IMG/VR virus record: IMGVR_UViG_3300031813_000007
Span: 1 to 64,000 of that record
From: an uncultured virus (IMG/VR IMGVR_UViG_3300031813_000007)
Taxonomy: Duplodnaviria > Heunggongvirae > Uroviricota > Caudoviricetes
DNA: 64,000 nucleotides
Reading direction: 5' to 3' (one strand)
Both the position numbers and the translations under genes were made by a program. Positions within the stretch are counted from its first letter, which is position 1, and the number at the start of each line of letters is the position of its first letter. Below, one piece after another: positions 1-10,843 of the stretch. Below the pieces are notes generated by a model. It had not been told where the DNA came from. It saw only the letters and a program-made list of their open reading frames with translations, and ran no database searches.

Positions 1-282
1 CCGATGCCGTTTGCCATTCAGATACCAGTAATTGTCGCCGTTTTCATATTCAACAGCAGGGCCATCCTCGCGATGGAGATGTCCATTCAGATACCACCAA
101 TTGGTGCCATCTATCATTACAATAGCAGGGCCATCCTCGCGGTGAAGTTTGTCATTCAGATACCAGTAATTGTCGCCGTTTTCATATTCAACAGCAGGGC
201 CATCCTCGCGATGGAGATGTCCATTCAGATACCACTTCTTGATCCCATGTTTTATTATTTTCATTGTGGGTTGTTCAGACAT
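1..282 (-). CDS. WYLNGxLHREDGPA tandem-repeat protein (MORN-like), truncated at window edge
   Basis: Not in ORF track. Manual translation MSEQPTMKIIKHGIKKWYLNGHLHREDGPAVEYENGDNYWYLNDKLHREDGPA...; ATG at 282 overlaps the upstream TGA (TGATG). Confidence 0.85.
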   Translation of the reverse strand, partial: MSEQPTMKIIKHGIKKWYLNGHLHREDGPAVEYENGDNYWYLNDKLHREDGPAIVMIDGTNWWYLNGHLHREDGPAVEYENGDNYWYLNGKRHR

Positions 283-680
283 CACGCCACCTCCACAAGA
301 TAAGCCTTGATAGAGCCATACTTGAGGCCCAGTTCATGTTCGAGGATTTCCCAACCATAGAACTTGAGTTCGTCGGTGGTGATACCTTCTGCATCAGCGA
401 TGATGTAGATGGCATCTTCGGTGGTGGTCTGAATCACGATATCACGAACTTCAAACACGCGGGCAAGGAAGCGATTCCAGTTCTTCTCTTTCTGCACGAT
501 TTCTTCTTCAATGATCTGATCAAGGCGAACAGAAAGGCTCTGCACCTCAGCGTCAAACTCTTCCACCGACGCAAACGTGTGACCACGAGGACGAAAGCCG
601 TATACGTCCTTGTAGAGGTCCGAATAGATAGAACCGTCATGCGAGTTGGTCAGGCGATCAATGTCAGAGAGAGTAAGCAT
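282..680 (-). CDS. hypothetical early protein
   Basis: Start refined to ATG 680 (MLTLSD), preceded by AAGGAGA and a TTGACA promoter near 735. Confidence 0.75.
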   Translation of the reverse strand: MLTLSDIDRLTNSHDGSIYSDLYKDVYGFRPRGHTFASVEEFDAEVQSLSVRLDQIIEEEIVQKEKNWNRFLARVFEVRDIVIQTTTEDAIYIIADAEGITTDELKFYGWEILEHELGLKYGSIKAYLVEVA

Positions 681-747
681 TTCAAATCTCCTTGTGTTCC
701 GATGAATCACGTATAATCGGGAGAAATGCGTCTGTCAACAGCTATTT

Positions 748-1299
748 TTATTTTTTTGATTGCCACTGCAAATTTATATCAGACCATTTTACGTCACTGA
801 AAAGCTTCACAACATTGTCGTTCTTGGGACATTTCTTGTCATTGTCGCTTAAACAAATATTTGCACGGTTCCACCAATTTTTTCCATTAAACGTGCTTTC
901 CGCGATTTCTGACACAATGCTGTATCTCACACCTTCACTAAGTGATGAACCAAAAACCATGTCAGTGATCTTCATACGACCTTCCATGATGGCGTTTAGT
1001 TTTTGAAGCAGAATCATTCCTATGATCTGATCATATGGTTCTTCTGGAAGTTCACAAACTCTGATATTTGCAGACTTATATAGGTTGATCTGATCGGTAA
1101 GTTTGGAATCAACGAATACAGAACTCTGAATTACCTGATTAACATAATATATTAACCTCTCCATCGCTATGCTTTGTTCATAGGCGGATTCGGTTTCTAT
1201 CAGTATGCTTAGCATCATGTCATACGTATTGATGTGAAATTCATTCTCAAAGTGTATACCACACTGAAAATAGAAATCTTTCTCAATTCTTGTGTTCAT
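748..1299 (-). CDS. hypothetical protein
   Basis: 183-aa ORF coupled to the upstream gene. Confidence 0.75.
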   Translation of the reverse strand: MNTRIEKDFYFQCGIHFENEFHINTYDMMLSILIETESAYEQSIAMERLIYYVNQVIQSSVFVDSKLTDQINLYKSANIRVCELPEEPYDQIIGMILLQKLNAIMEGRMKITDMVFGSSLSEGVRYSIVSEIAESTFNGKNWWNRANICLSDNDKKCPKNDNVVKLFSDVKWSDINLQWQSKK

Positions 1300-1534
1300 T
1301 GTCCGACTGTATCTTGATTTTAGAATTCAAATTTTGCTTTTCAAACAGTTCATCCATCTTTTTACGATGTTGATTTTTATAGGTTTCCATGGCCATTTGA
1401 ATTTGATGCATGAGAGGCCCATTCTGTGTTTTATAAGCAAATGTCAACTTGGCTGTAAGCTTGGTGATTACTTCTTGAAGTTCTTCCAATGTTTTAGTCT
1501 CAAGTTCCTTTTTGTTAATGAACGGATGTTCCAT
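1283..1534 (-). CDS. hypothetical coiled-coil protein
   Basis: Start refined to MEHPF, just after the stop of 1539..2567. Confidence 0.7.
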   Translation of the reverse strand: MEHPFINKKELETKTLEELQEVITKLTAKLTFAYKTQNGPLMHQIQMAMETYKNQHRKKMDELFEKQNLNSKIKIQSDNEHKN

Positions 1535-1538
1535 GGTA

Positions 1539-2567
1539 TTACCAAGTTTGCAATGGAATACGAGTCCAAATGTTGGAGCCGATATAATATGTAGCAGTTG
1601 CAGAGCCATTTGCAGTAGATAATGCGAACACGCTTCCTGCGCTACCGCTTGAGCGAGTAGCACTTATTGTGATGTTTGGAGCCGCAGCATTGGACAGAAC
1701 ATAATAAACAGTGTTGGCAACCAAACCACCAAATACGTTTCCAGTGAAAACGATTGGAGCATTATTTGCAAGATTGGTTGTGCTGCTTAATGTGATGAGA
1801 TTTCCGGTAGCATATGTATTTGTTGCAGTCACTGCATAAGCAGTAGAGTTGTAACTTCCCGTGCAAACATAAATGTAGTTAGCATCAACTGCTACAGTGC
1901 CAGCAGTATCACCTTGTAGACCTGTTGGAGCAGGAGTGCGCTGCTGAACTTCTGTTGACTGGAATGGTCGGTTCAATGGCTCTACGAGAATGGTATTACC
2001 GCAGTCTAATGATGAAAACTTATATTCAAGCAGAGTTGTGTTTGCTGGTGCAGTTATCGTTGGATATCCGCCAACGTTAGCATAGTTTTCAAGAAGAGTA
2101 GTACCAAAGTTACTTCCAGTGTTGGAAACACATGCTGTAGGCAACTGAATAGTTGCATTTGCAGTTGATACAGTCAAACGTAGAATGACATTGCTTTCAG
2201 TATTGGTAGGAGACCAGTTACCAAACTGAAGTATAGTATTTCCGGTAATCGCACCGTACTGAACATCAGCTTGATTTACGTTTACCAACACTGTTCCAGC
2301 CAATGAATTACCCAAGTTATATGATGTTGCCCTAAACCCACTGGTTGATGCATTGCTGATGAGAGTGTTTGCCATGTCATTGTTCAATGACGTATTATTC
2401 AATGCAGCTTTCACAACTACTTTGGTCTGTAAGTCAGTGATTTCTGTTGCCGCAGTGTTTAACTGTGCAGTAATCTGAGTGAAGTTATCTCTGAAACCCT
2501 GAGTGCTATTGTTCACTCCGGGAACAGGATAATTGTTATTGATTCCGTTTGTATTGATCTGGCTCAT
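1539..2567 (-). CDS. virion structural/short fibre protein
   Basis: T/N/G-rich; N-terminal YPVPGVNNSTQGFRDNF; C-terminal WTRIPL; upstream TAAATA late promoter. Confidence 0.7.
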   Translation of the reverse strand: MSQINTNGINNNYPVPGVNNSTQGFRDNFTQITAQLNTAATEITDLQTKVVVKAALNNTSLNNDMANTLISNASTSGFRATSYNLGNSLAGTVLVNVNQADVQYGAITGNTILQFGNWSPTNTESNVILRLTVSTANATIQLPTACVSNTGSNFGTTLLENYANVGGYPTITAPANTTLLEYKFSSLDCGNTILVEPLNRPFQSTEVQQRTPAPTGLQGDTAGTVAVDANYIYVCTGSYNSTAYAVTATNTYATGNLITLSSTTNLANNAPIVFTGNVFGGLVANTVYYVLSNAAAPNITISATRSSGSAGSVFALSTANGSATATYYIGSNIWTRIPLQTW

Positions 2568-2617
2568 ATTTCTCTATTCCGTAATGTATTTAGTTTTCTC
2601 AACATTGGTGTTAAAAT

Positions 2618-5485
2618 TCACTGATCTAGCTGAGTTTGGTTAGGTAAAATAGTTTCCTGTGGGAACAAGACATAAAAATCATCAGAATCAACTGGAGATG
2701 GCGTAGGTGTGGCACTTGGTAATCCTGTCCATGCAGGAGGATTGACATTGCTATCATAATTATATGTAGTGCTCTTATCCACGCTAAATCTATCAATCTT
2801 AAAATTGATCATGTTTAGGGTCTGCAGTTCACCTACTGGATTTAGCCAATTGTTTTGAATCTGGTATTGAATATACTGCGCATAGCTTCCAGTAGTTCCA
2901 TTTGGCAATGTAGTAGTTCCCGGTAAACAATAAGCTATCACCCATGCTGGTGTAAATCCAAGCGTTGATCCATCTTTTTGTTGACTCGACATCCAAGCAG
3001 GGAGAATACCTATGGCATTCTGATCACCAAGGTAATTTTCTACCTGTTGTCTCATGTTTGACAAAGAATTGGGATATAAATTTTGTGCATAACCAGGTGT
3101 CAAACTTGTGTAATAATCTTTAGGATCGGTCCATGCCACAAATGACATGCTTCCAGTTGCATTTGTAAGAGTGACTGGCGTTCCATCTTCTGACATGGAG
3201 ATAGTGAACTGAGTTCCATTTAAAATGCTCAGTACATAATATGTGGTGTTAGTATTGACTCCACCAAATGGCGTCCCATTAAAGATTATGTAGTCATTGA
3301 CATTCAATCCTTCAGTAGAATCGCAAGTTATCAAGTTAGTAGATGAAAATGTTTGAGTGATCGTCCCATCCATGGTGTTTGTACCACCAATATAGCTTGA
3401 GAAAATGTCAACTTCCGAGGAATACCATGGTCCTAGATTCAACGTAATAGGAAACGGCCATCGCACTTCTTTAGAAACACTGGTTCCATATGGAATAACA
3501 TTGTTTGTTTGTGAATCTGTACTATAACTACTATAGTTTTGATTAACATTTGAAGGGTTTACCAAATTGTCAATGACACGACTATACACTACTTCATAGA
3601 TAATATTTCCATTGGAATCTCTTGCTACAGCAGTGTCAATTTCACCAAGAGTAATGTTTCTCCAATAGTGATTTTCAGTTACTGCCGCAATATATTGATC
3701 CATGTTACTGGCGTTTATCCCATATGCATGTTCATAAATCACATCAGTTGCTACACCGAAGTTTGGATCGTCGCCGCGATATATCATTGATGGTGGAATA
3801 AGATTGGTGTTTGTCAACAATGAATTTATGAGGTTTCTATCAGAAGTGCTTGGTGTGCATTTAATATACAACGTGTCCGCAGGATGTGCATATTCTTGAT
3901 ATACAGTCAGGGTGAATGTTTGCTGAGAGTTAATAACTGGATATAATGGTGAATATGCTTCTGCTGTGAACGTGAAGACAGATGATTCACCTTGAGCCAG
4001 AAATTGATCAGTTGGTTGATATGGTATATCTCCTATAATATCTCCGCTTTCAAGTAGTATCAGATTGGGTGGCAAAGAACCTTCTACCAATCTATATGAA
4101 AGATCAACATCGGATGTTGCGGATATATTTAGAATGCTTGCAGTTCCATTATTTACTTGACCAAGATCAGCATCAGTTAGCCAAATGATATTTCCATTAA
4201 TTGAATTTGCGACATTCATGGAGAAGTTGAATGTTGCTGATGCTATATTTGTATTATTAGTTTTAACTACAGAAACACTAAAGATGAACTGACCTATGCT
4301 ACCATCAGCAATTATTGGTGTTCCAGTTATCCATCCAGTTGTAGGGTCTCCGACAAGTCCCAGTGGCAAGTTGGAATACAAGTAAGTGAGTTGATTTCCA
4401 TCAAAGTCATGGCCCAAAATTTTAAAAGCCACGAAATCATTACTCGTAAACTGAGTGATGTAGGCATATTGTGATGGTGCATATGTGTTGCCGTTTGAGT
4501 CTGGCGGTAATACATAATATCCAAACTCCTGAGGATTGCTACTTAAATTAAACGTTTCCGGTCTAGTATTGAATATTGTTGGTATTCTAGAATTTGGACC
4601 TAAACCAAGCCCACCTTGACTTACTGGTGTGTTTTGATTTATTACAGTAATGCTATACGTAACAATGTCATTTCCGAGCGGACTAACAAGTTTAAGAATG
4701 AACGAATAAGTTTGTATCGTGGGTGCACCTTGATCAACTGGTGACAGTGTGGATGTCATATAACCAACGCCATCAGACAATATTGCGTTTTGACCTCCTG
4801 CTGTATACGAAATTGTAAAAGTGCTTTGATCAATCACCGATGAGATGTAATATATTTGCCCTGCTCCAACTCCACCAAATACGTTTCCAGTAAATATGAC
4901 AGGTCTTCCAACAGAAAACCCAGAAGTACTTAGACAAATTAATGTGTTATTTGAAACTGCTACTACTCCCGTAACAACAGACGGTAAAGTAACATCTATA
5001 ACAGGCGGTTGAGCATAGCCCCTGATGATTCCTGCTTCGTTTATTTCTAATCCCGGTGGCAAACTTCCTTCAACTACAGTGATTATTACTTCATTGGTAG
5101 ATACTGGATTATTGTAGGCTACTGGCAGTTCCACCCAAGTACTGTCATTAGTTGTGTATATATTACCAGAAGGAGCAACAAATGATGGTGCAGAAGCTCC
5201 CGAGACTACAAGATTGAATGTTATATCTTTGATATTTTGAAGATTATCGGTTGCTCTTACAACAAATGGATACGTTGTATTAAACGAAACAATTGTTGGT
5301 GAACCTTTAATCAAGCCGGAAGAAGTCATGACTAAGCCAGGAGGCAAACTACCACTTATGATCGCATACGATACAGTTACTGCAGGCAATACCGCAGAAG
5401 CAGACAACTGAATTGGTTGTATTGCAGTCAATGCCGGAACAACTCCGAGTGATCCTGCTGGTGTATTCCAAACTGGCTGTGCCAT
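2618..5485 (-). CDS. baseplate wedge-like protein with putative Ig/cadherin-like repeats
   Basis: Repeated GSLPPGL..G.I.G.P Ig-like motifs; structural context. Confidence 0.7.
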   Translation of the reverse strand: MAQPVWNTPAGSLGVVPALTAIQPIQLSASAVLPAVTVSYAIISGSLPPGLVMTSSGLIKGSPTIVSFNTTYPFVVRATDNLQNIKDITFNLVVSGASAPSFVAPSGNIYTTNDSTWVELPVAYNNPVSTNEVIITVVEGSLPPGLEINEAGIIRGYAQPPVIDVTLPSVVTGVVAVSNNTLICLSTSGFSVGRPVIFTGNVFGGVGAGQIYYISSVIDQSTFTISYTAGGQNAILSDGVGYMTSTLSPVDQGAPTIQTYSFILKLVSPLGNDIVTYSITVINQNTPVSQGGLGLGPNSRIPTIFNTRPETFNLSSNPQEFGYYVLPPDSNGNTYAPSQYAYITQFTSNDFVAFKILGHDFDGNQLTYLYSNLPLGLVGDPTTGWITGTPIIADGSIGQFIFSVSVVKTNNTNIASATFNFSMNVANSINGNIIWLTDADLGQVNNGTASILNISATSDVDLSYRLVEGSLPPNLILLESGDIIGDIPYQPTDQFLAQGESSVFTFTAEAYSPLYPVINSQQTFTLTVYQEYAHPADTLYIKCTPSTSDRNLINSLLTNTNLIPPSMIYRGDDPNFGVATDVIYEHAYGINASNMDQYIAAVTENHYWRNITLGEIDTAVARDSNGNIIYEVVYSRVIDNLVNPSNVNQNYSSYSTDSQTNNVIPYGTSVSKEVRWPFPITLNLGPWYSSEVDIFSSYIGGTNTMDGTITQTFSSTNLITCDSTEGLNVNDYIIFNGTPFGGVNTNTTYYVLSILNGTQFTISMSEDGTPVTLTNATGSMSFVAWTDPKDYYTSLTPGYAQNLYPNSLSNMRQQVENYLGDQNAIGILPAWMSSQQKDGSTLGFTPAWVIAYCLPGTTTLPNGTTGSYAQYIQYQIQNNWLNPVGELQTLNMINFKIDRFSVDKSTTYNYDSNVNPPAWTGLPSATPTPSPVDSDDFYVLFPQETILPNQTQLDQ

Positions 5486-5493
5486 ATTATTCC

Positions 5494-6120
5494 TTAACTA
5501 TTATGAGTGATTGAACCAAGAGCAAGAAGATATAATCTCTTTCTATCTTCAATACCTATTGTACCACCATTAATGCGACGAGTTAACATTACGAAGTTGT
5601 CAGTATCACAATATGCATTAAGTTTATTTACATACCAGAACCAACCAGCAGAAGCTGTAGCTCCAGCAGCAGTTTCCATGTATGCAGCAGTATCTTCAAC
5701 GGATTTGCCTATTGAGTTTGCAAAGCGAGTATAGTTGTCGCGACCTGTCAACTGGATAAGTCCACGACCATGAAACATCCATCCATCACCTGAAGCTTCA
5801 TCACCATTGCCCATACGATTTGCATATACGCGATTGGCGATCTTTTCTGGTTTACGCTCGTATTCCATAGCGAGGGACATTGATGGGAAATACTTGTGGA
5901 AGGTCTTCATCAATGAAGCAGCCTTGTACTTCAAGTTTTCCTTGGTTGCGGTGAAACCTCCCGATTCGTGTGCAACCTGTGCAACAAATGCTGCCTCACG
6001 TTTTGGGTTTTCAAGCATGTCATAATGTTTAGCAACATCATTTAGTGGGTCTACGAACATTTGAAGTATTGCTTCATGAGTATGTGGACACATATGCTGT
6101 AGCAGTTCTAAAGTAATCAT
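5494..6120 (-). CDS. glycoside hydrolase family 19 (chitinase-like) endolysin
   Basis: AAFVAQVAHESGG, HGRGLIQLTGRDNY and TRRINGG motifs. Confidence 0.92.
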   Translation of the reverse strand: MITLELLQHMCPHTHEAILQMFVDPLNDVAKHYDMLENPKREAAFVAQVAHESGGFTATKENLKYKAASLMKTFHKYFPSMSLAMEYERKPEKIANRVYANRMGNGDEASGDGWMFHGRGLIQLTGRDNYTRFANSIGKSVEDTAAYMETAAGATASAGWFWYVNKLNAYCDTDNFVMLTRRINGGTIGIEDRKRLYLLALGSITHNS

Positions 6121-6131
6121 AATCTTTCCTC

Positions 6132-6287
6132 TTATGGACGGCCTTGACCGCGATATTTTTTATAACTAGCACGCTTTCTTTTGTTCATAGTGCTAAACTT
6201 AATGGAACCGAGTCCAATAGTTGTCTTTCCCTTATGGTTATTAGAGAAACTAATCTTGCCTGGTGCATTAGATGTTACTTTAGCCAT
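6132..6287 (-). CDS. small basic protein (51 aa)
   Basis: Below ORF cut-off: MAKVTSNAPGKISFSNNHKGKTTIGLGSIKFSTMNKRKRASYKKYRGQGRP; AAGGA SD upstream. Confidence 0.8.
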   Translation of the reverse strand: MAKVTSNAPGKISFSNNHKGKTTIGLGSIKFSTMNKRKRASYKKYRGQGRP

Positions 6288-6300
6288 TTATATTCCTTCC

Positions 6301-9300
6301 TTAGCTATAAGTTGCGCCAACCGTGTACCACTGGGTTGTTGTTGGTGCGATGAATTGTAAAGTTGCACTGTTGCCCGGTTGCGTAAATGCAGCATTTGTA
6401 GTCAACAGATTAATTGCTGCGCCCGATGCTGGGTAAACCGCAAGAGAATTCGCAGAAGTGTTGGTGATAGTGATTACCATACCCGGTATTGCTGTAGGGA
6501 GAATAACTCCATTTCCTGTATTTACAGTGCTCACAATGTTCATTTCTTTGGTAATTGCTGTTGCGGTTCCTTGTGTAGAGCCAGCAGCAGTAATTCCAGT
6601 ACTTACTGAACGAATGTGGTAATTTGTAGCAACAAAATTATTAGCAGATACGTTTCCGGATGCTGTTACTGATGAGAATGTTCCTGTTACGTTTGCAGCA
6701 TTGATGCCAGTCAAGTTTGCTGCTGAAAGTCCTGATGAGAATGTGGCCGACCAAGTTCCAGAGGTTATATTACCTACAGTTACTAAATTGCTAGCAGTTG
6801 TAATATTTGGCTGAGAAGCCGTATACACTGTTCCAGAAACAAGCGCATTTCCAACTTGTCCAGATACGTTAGCACCCGGAATAGATGTAAGACCAGAACC
6901 AGAGCCGTAGAATGCACCAGTATTGGAAATTACATTCGGCGCTGTTATATTACCACTTGAACCGAGAGAAGTTAGTGTGCCAACAGAAGTTACATTTGGC
7001 TGCGATGCAGTTGTTAATGTGCCAGTCAACAGTGATGCGCCAATTGTTCCGGAGTTGGCATAAATGTTTGCACTTGTAGTAATATTACCAGAAGACACGA
7101 GTCCAGTTAATGTACCAACTGATGTGATATTAGGTTGAGCATTTGTTGTTACTGTTCCAGCAGTGGTTGCAGTTCCGGCGCTCGTTGCGTAAGTTGCGTT
7201 TGCTACATTTCCAGTGACGTTTGCGCCTGTAATAGAGCTAAGTGCTGCACCATTACCGAAGTGATTTGCAGTGACATTAGCACCAGAAATGTTACCTGTT
7301 ACTGCAAGTGAAGTCAAAGTGCCAACTGATGTAATATTTGATTGAGCAGCAGTTGTTAGAGTTCCTGTAAGTAAAGATGCGCCAATTGTTCCGGAGTTGG
7401 CATAAATGTTTGCACTTGTAGTAATGTTACCAGAAGTCACGAGTCCAGTTAATGTGCCAACCGATGTGATATTAGGTTGAGCATTTGTTGTTACTGTTCC
7501 AGCAGTGGTTGCAGTTGTTGCAGTTCCTGCACTCGTTGCGTAAGTTGCGTTTGCTACAGTACCAACAACATTAGATGCCTGAATATTCGTCAGGGCAGCA
7601 CCATTACCACTGAACACGCCAGTTGAAGAAGTGATATTACCAGTGACAACGAGAGATGTTAAAGTTCCTACACTAGTGATATTTGGCTGTGCATTTGTAG
7701 TTAAGTTGCCAGAGATCAAGTTTGCAGTGAGAGTTCCGGTGTTCAGCGTCAAGTTTCCTGCGTTGATGTTGCCGGTTACAATCAATGATGATAGTGATCC
7801 TACTTGAGTTATGTTACTTTGAACTGCGCTTGGAAGATTACCAGTTAGATTGCCTGATGGAATACTTGTTAACCCGGCACCGCTACCGTAAACATTGGTG
7901 AATACACCATTTGCTGCACTAACATTACTTGTTACGGTGAGTGTACTTGATACCTTATTGAAAGTTAAGCCAGCTTGAGCGCCAAAGTTTCCATTATCGT
8001 TGAATAATACTTGAGTATTTGAGCCAGGTGCTGTGGATAAAGTAGTTGCATTCAGCCAACTTAATCCTCCTGAACCATTGGTTGTCAAGAAATATCCATT
8101 AGCACCTCCAGTAATGATTACATTACTATTTGATCCCAGATTTGCTATTCCATTGACAGTAAGTGAGGTCAGATTTCCTAGTGAGGTTATATTTGGTTGG
8201 GCAGCAGTTGTAATGTTACCACTCAATGTCGTTGCTATTATGTTTCCTGCATTCAGATTGCCCGTAACATTAGCTCCAGTACTAGTTACAACGAGTACAT
8301 TAGCAATGCCAGTTGCAGAAATATTGACATTACCATTTGCTGCAATACTAACATTTGAATTTCCATTTATAATTGAAGTACCTGCACTAACTGTAATACC
8401 TGTTAGCTGAGAACCATTACCAATAAAATAAGCAGCAGTTGAATTTCCTGCAGTAGTAAAGTTTCCAGCAGCAACATTAGCAGTTACGTTCAATGCGGAC
8501 AGTGTACCTACCGAGGTAATGTTTGGTTGTGCCGATGTTGTTACTGTGCCAGCAGTAGTTGCAGAATTAGCAGTATTTGCTGATCCAGCACTTATTGCGT
8601 AAGTTGCGTTTGCTACTGTACCTGTTACGTTAGCACCAGCAATTGAACTAATACCAGCACCATTGCCGAATAGATTTCCAGTGACATTAGCACCAGAAAT
8701 ATTGCCAGTAACAGCAAGTGAAGTCAGTGTGCCAACTGATGTGATATTTGGTTGTGCGTTTGTTGTTACTGTACCTGCGATAAGAGCGTTACTTACTTGT
8801 CCAGTGACATTGGCACCTGTTATTGAAGAAATGGCAGCACCATTGCCGAATAGATTTCCAGTGACATTGGCACCAGAAATGTTACCTGTTACTGCAAGTG
8901 AAGTCAAAGTGCCAACTGATGTGATATTTGGTTGAGCATTGGTTGTTACTGTACCTGCGGTAGTTGCACTAGTAGCAGTTCCGGCACTTGTTGCATATGT
9001 GGCGTTTGCTACGGTACCGGTGACGTTAGCACCAGTTATTGAACTTAGTCCTGAGCCATTACCGAAATGATTTCCGGTGACATTTGCACCAGAAATATTG
9101 CCAGTCACTGCAAGTGAAGTCAATGTGCCAACCGAGGTGATATTTGGCTGTGCGTTTGTTGTTACTGTTCCAGCAGTTGTTGCAGATGTTGCAGTAGTAG
9201 CTGATCCAGCATTTGTTGCGTATGTCGCATTAGCTACTGTACCTGTTACGTTTGCACCTGCTACTGAGTTTGCAGTTGTTGCATATGCTACCGCGCCATT

Positions 9301-10785
9301 GACATTGGCACCTGTTATTGAAGAAATGGCAGCACCATTGCCGACAAATGTTCCAGCACTAGTAGTGATATTTCCAGTTACCGACAATGATGACAATGTG
9401 CCTACTGATGTGATATTTGGTTGCGCGTTTGTTGTGACTGTACCAGCAGTAGTTGCAGTTGTTGCAGTTCCTGCACTCGTTGCGTATGTCGCATTAGCTA
9501 CATTTCCAGTGACATTGGCACCAGTTATTGAAGAAATGGCAGCGCCATTACCGAATAAATTTCCAGTGACGTTAGCGCCAGAAATGTTACCTGTTACTGC
9601 AAGTGAAGTCAATGTGCCAACTGATGTGATATTTGGTTGAGCATTGGTTGTTACAGTACCAGCAGTGGTTGCACTAGTGGCAGTGATTGCTGATCCAGCA
9701 GTCGTTGCATATGTTGCATTAGCTACATTTCCAGTGACGTTTGCGCCTGTAATAGAGCTAAGTGCTGCACCATTACCGAAGTGATTTGCAGTGACATTAG
9801 CACCAGAAATGTTACCTGTTACTGCAAGTGAAGTCAAAGTGCCAACTGATGTGATGTTTGGTTGAGCAGCAGTTGTTAGATTTCCCGATACTGACGTAAA
9901 TACTGCATTGTTTCCACCAATGTTACCTACATTGGCATTACCTGTTGCATTTAAAGTTCCAGATACATTTGCACCAGTAGCCGTGACTATTAATACGTTT
10001 GCTGTGCCACTTACTGAAACTCCAACATTTCCATTCGCAGTATTGATGTTAACATTGGAAGTGCCATTAGCAATTGTTGGTCCTGTTACTGCAAGAACTC
10101 CAGTTAACTGTGAACCATTACCGATGAAATAATTTGCTTTGATATTTCCTGCATTGGCATAGATGTTTCCAGAATTGGTTATCGTGTTACTCACGACATT
10201 GTTTGCACCAACTGTTCCTGAGTTTGCATATATGTTTCCAGCAGTATTAAAATTGCTTCCAGATACATTACCTGTTGCGGCTATTACATAAGTGCCTAAA
10301 TTGCCTACATTAGCATTACCCGTAACAGCCAATGATCCTGTTGTGGTTAAGTTTCCACCAGAAATATTTCCAGTTACAGATGCAATATTACCAATGAGAC
10401 CGTTGGCTGTCACGTTTCCGGTAGTGGCATTCACGTTGCCAGAAACGGTGATATTAGTTACTCCGGTGATATTTGCAGGAAGGTCAATATATAAAACTTG
10501 AGTTGCCTGTGTAATGGCAGCATATGATGCACCATTGGAACCGGCACCTATACTCAATGTGCTTGTTTGAAACTGCACTTCCGAAATGTTGGCATTGATT
10601 ATTACATTGCCAGTAGGATTGTTTACAGTAATTCCCGACCCAGCATTAACGGTGAGAACAGCCTGAGACTGTAATCCAGAAAACAGTTCTGTAAAGTTCG
10701 TCTGAACTTTTTGGAATGCTGTTCTGATTGCATCTGCGCTCGAATCGTTAGGAAATGAACCGAAGTCAATATTCTGTTGTGCCAT
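6301..10785 (-). CDS. long repetitive tail fibre protein
   Basis: 1494 aa; N-terminal anchor (PNDSSADAIRTAFQK); many TTxAQPNITSVGTLTSL repeats. Confidence 0.85.
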   Translation of the reverse strand: MAQQNIDFGSFPNDSSADAIRTAFQKVQTNFTELFSGLQSQAVLTVNAGSGITVNNPTGNVIINANISEVQFQTSTLSIGAGSNGASYAAITQATQVLYIDLPANITGVTNITVSGNVNATTGNVTANGLIGNIASVTGNISGGNLTTTGSLAVTGNANVGNLGTYVIAATGNVSGSNFNTAGNIYANSGTVGANNVVSNTITNSGNIYANAGNIKANYFIGNGSQLTGVLAVTGPTIANGTSNVNINTANGNVGVSVSGTANVLIVTATGANVSGTLNATGNANVGNIGGNNAVFTSVSGNLTTAAQPNITSVGTLTSLAVTGNISGANVTANHFGNGAALSSITGANVTGNVANATYATTAGSAITATSATTAGTVTTNAQPNITSVGTLTSLAVTGNISGANVTGNLFGNGAAISSITGANVTGNVANATYATSAGTATTATTAGTVTTNAQPNITSVGTLSSLSVTGNITTSAGTFVGNGAAISSITGANVNGAVAYATTANSVAGANVTGTVANATYATNAGSATTATSATTAGTVTTNAQPNITSVGTLTSLAVTGNISGANVTGNHFGNGSGLSSITGANVTGTVANATYATSAGTATSATTAGTVTTNAQPNITSVGTLTSLAVTGNISGANVTGNLFGNGAAISSITGANVTGQVSNALIAGTVTTNAQPNITSVGTLTSLAVTGNISGANVTGNLFGNGAGISSIAGANVTGTVANATYAISAGSANTANSATTAGTVTTSAQPNITSVGTLSALNVTANVAAGNFTTAGNSTAAYFIGNGSQLTGITVSAGTSIINGNSNVSIAANGNVNISATGIANVLVVTSTGANVTGNLNAGNIIATTLSGNITTAAQPNITSLGNLTSLTVNGIANLGSNSNVIITGGANGYFLTTNGSGGLSWLNATTLSTAPGSNTQVLFNDNGNFGAQAGLTFNKVSSTLTVTSNVSAANGVFTNVYGSGAGLTSIPSGNLTGNLPSAVQSNITQVGSLSSLIVTGNINAGNLTLNTGTLTANLISGNLTTNAQPNITSVGTLTSLVVTGNITSSTGVFSGNGAALTNIQASNVVGTVANATYATSAGTATTATTAGTVTTNAQPNITSVGTLTGLVTSGNITTSANIYANSGTIGASLLTGTLTTAAQSNITSVGTLTSLAVTGNISGANVTANHFGNGAALSSITGANVTGNVANATYATSAGTATTAGTVTTNAQPNITSVGTLTGLVSSGNITTSANIYANSGTIGASLLTGTLTTASQPNVTSVGTLTSLGSSGNITAPNVISNTGAFYGSGSGLTSIPGANVSGQVGNALVSGTVYTASQPNITTASNLVTVGNITSGTWSATFSSGLSAANLTGINAANVTGTFSSVTASGNVSANNFVATNYHIRSVSTGITAAGSTQGTATAITKEMNIVSTVNTGNGVILPTAIPGMVITITNTSANSLAVYPASGAAINLLTTNAAFTQPGNSATLQFIAPTTTQWYTVGATYS

Positions 10786-10843
10786 GTTTCTAAATCACCT
10801 TATGTTGTATTTATCATTATTGGCAAGAACGCTAGCCTCCAAA

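Noticed and set aside
1..240. CRISPR-like direct repeats
   Set aside because: The period is a multiple of 3, the spacers recur, and the minus strand encodes a clean repeat protein.
4..716. Plus-strand ORFs 4..303 and 264..716
   Set aside because: Antisense shadows of minus-strand genes that have SD, promoter and translational coupling.
7200..9850. Diversity-generating retroelement TR/VR pair
   Set aside because: The repeat copies are identical rather than differing at adenines, and no reverse transcriptase is present in the window.
8033..10501. Plus-strand ORFs within the tail fibre
   Set aside because: Antisense artefacts of repetitive codon usage.
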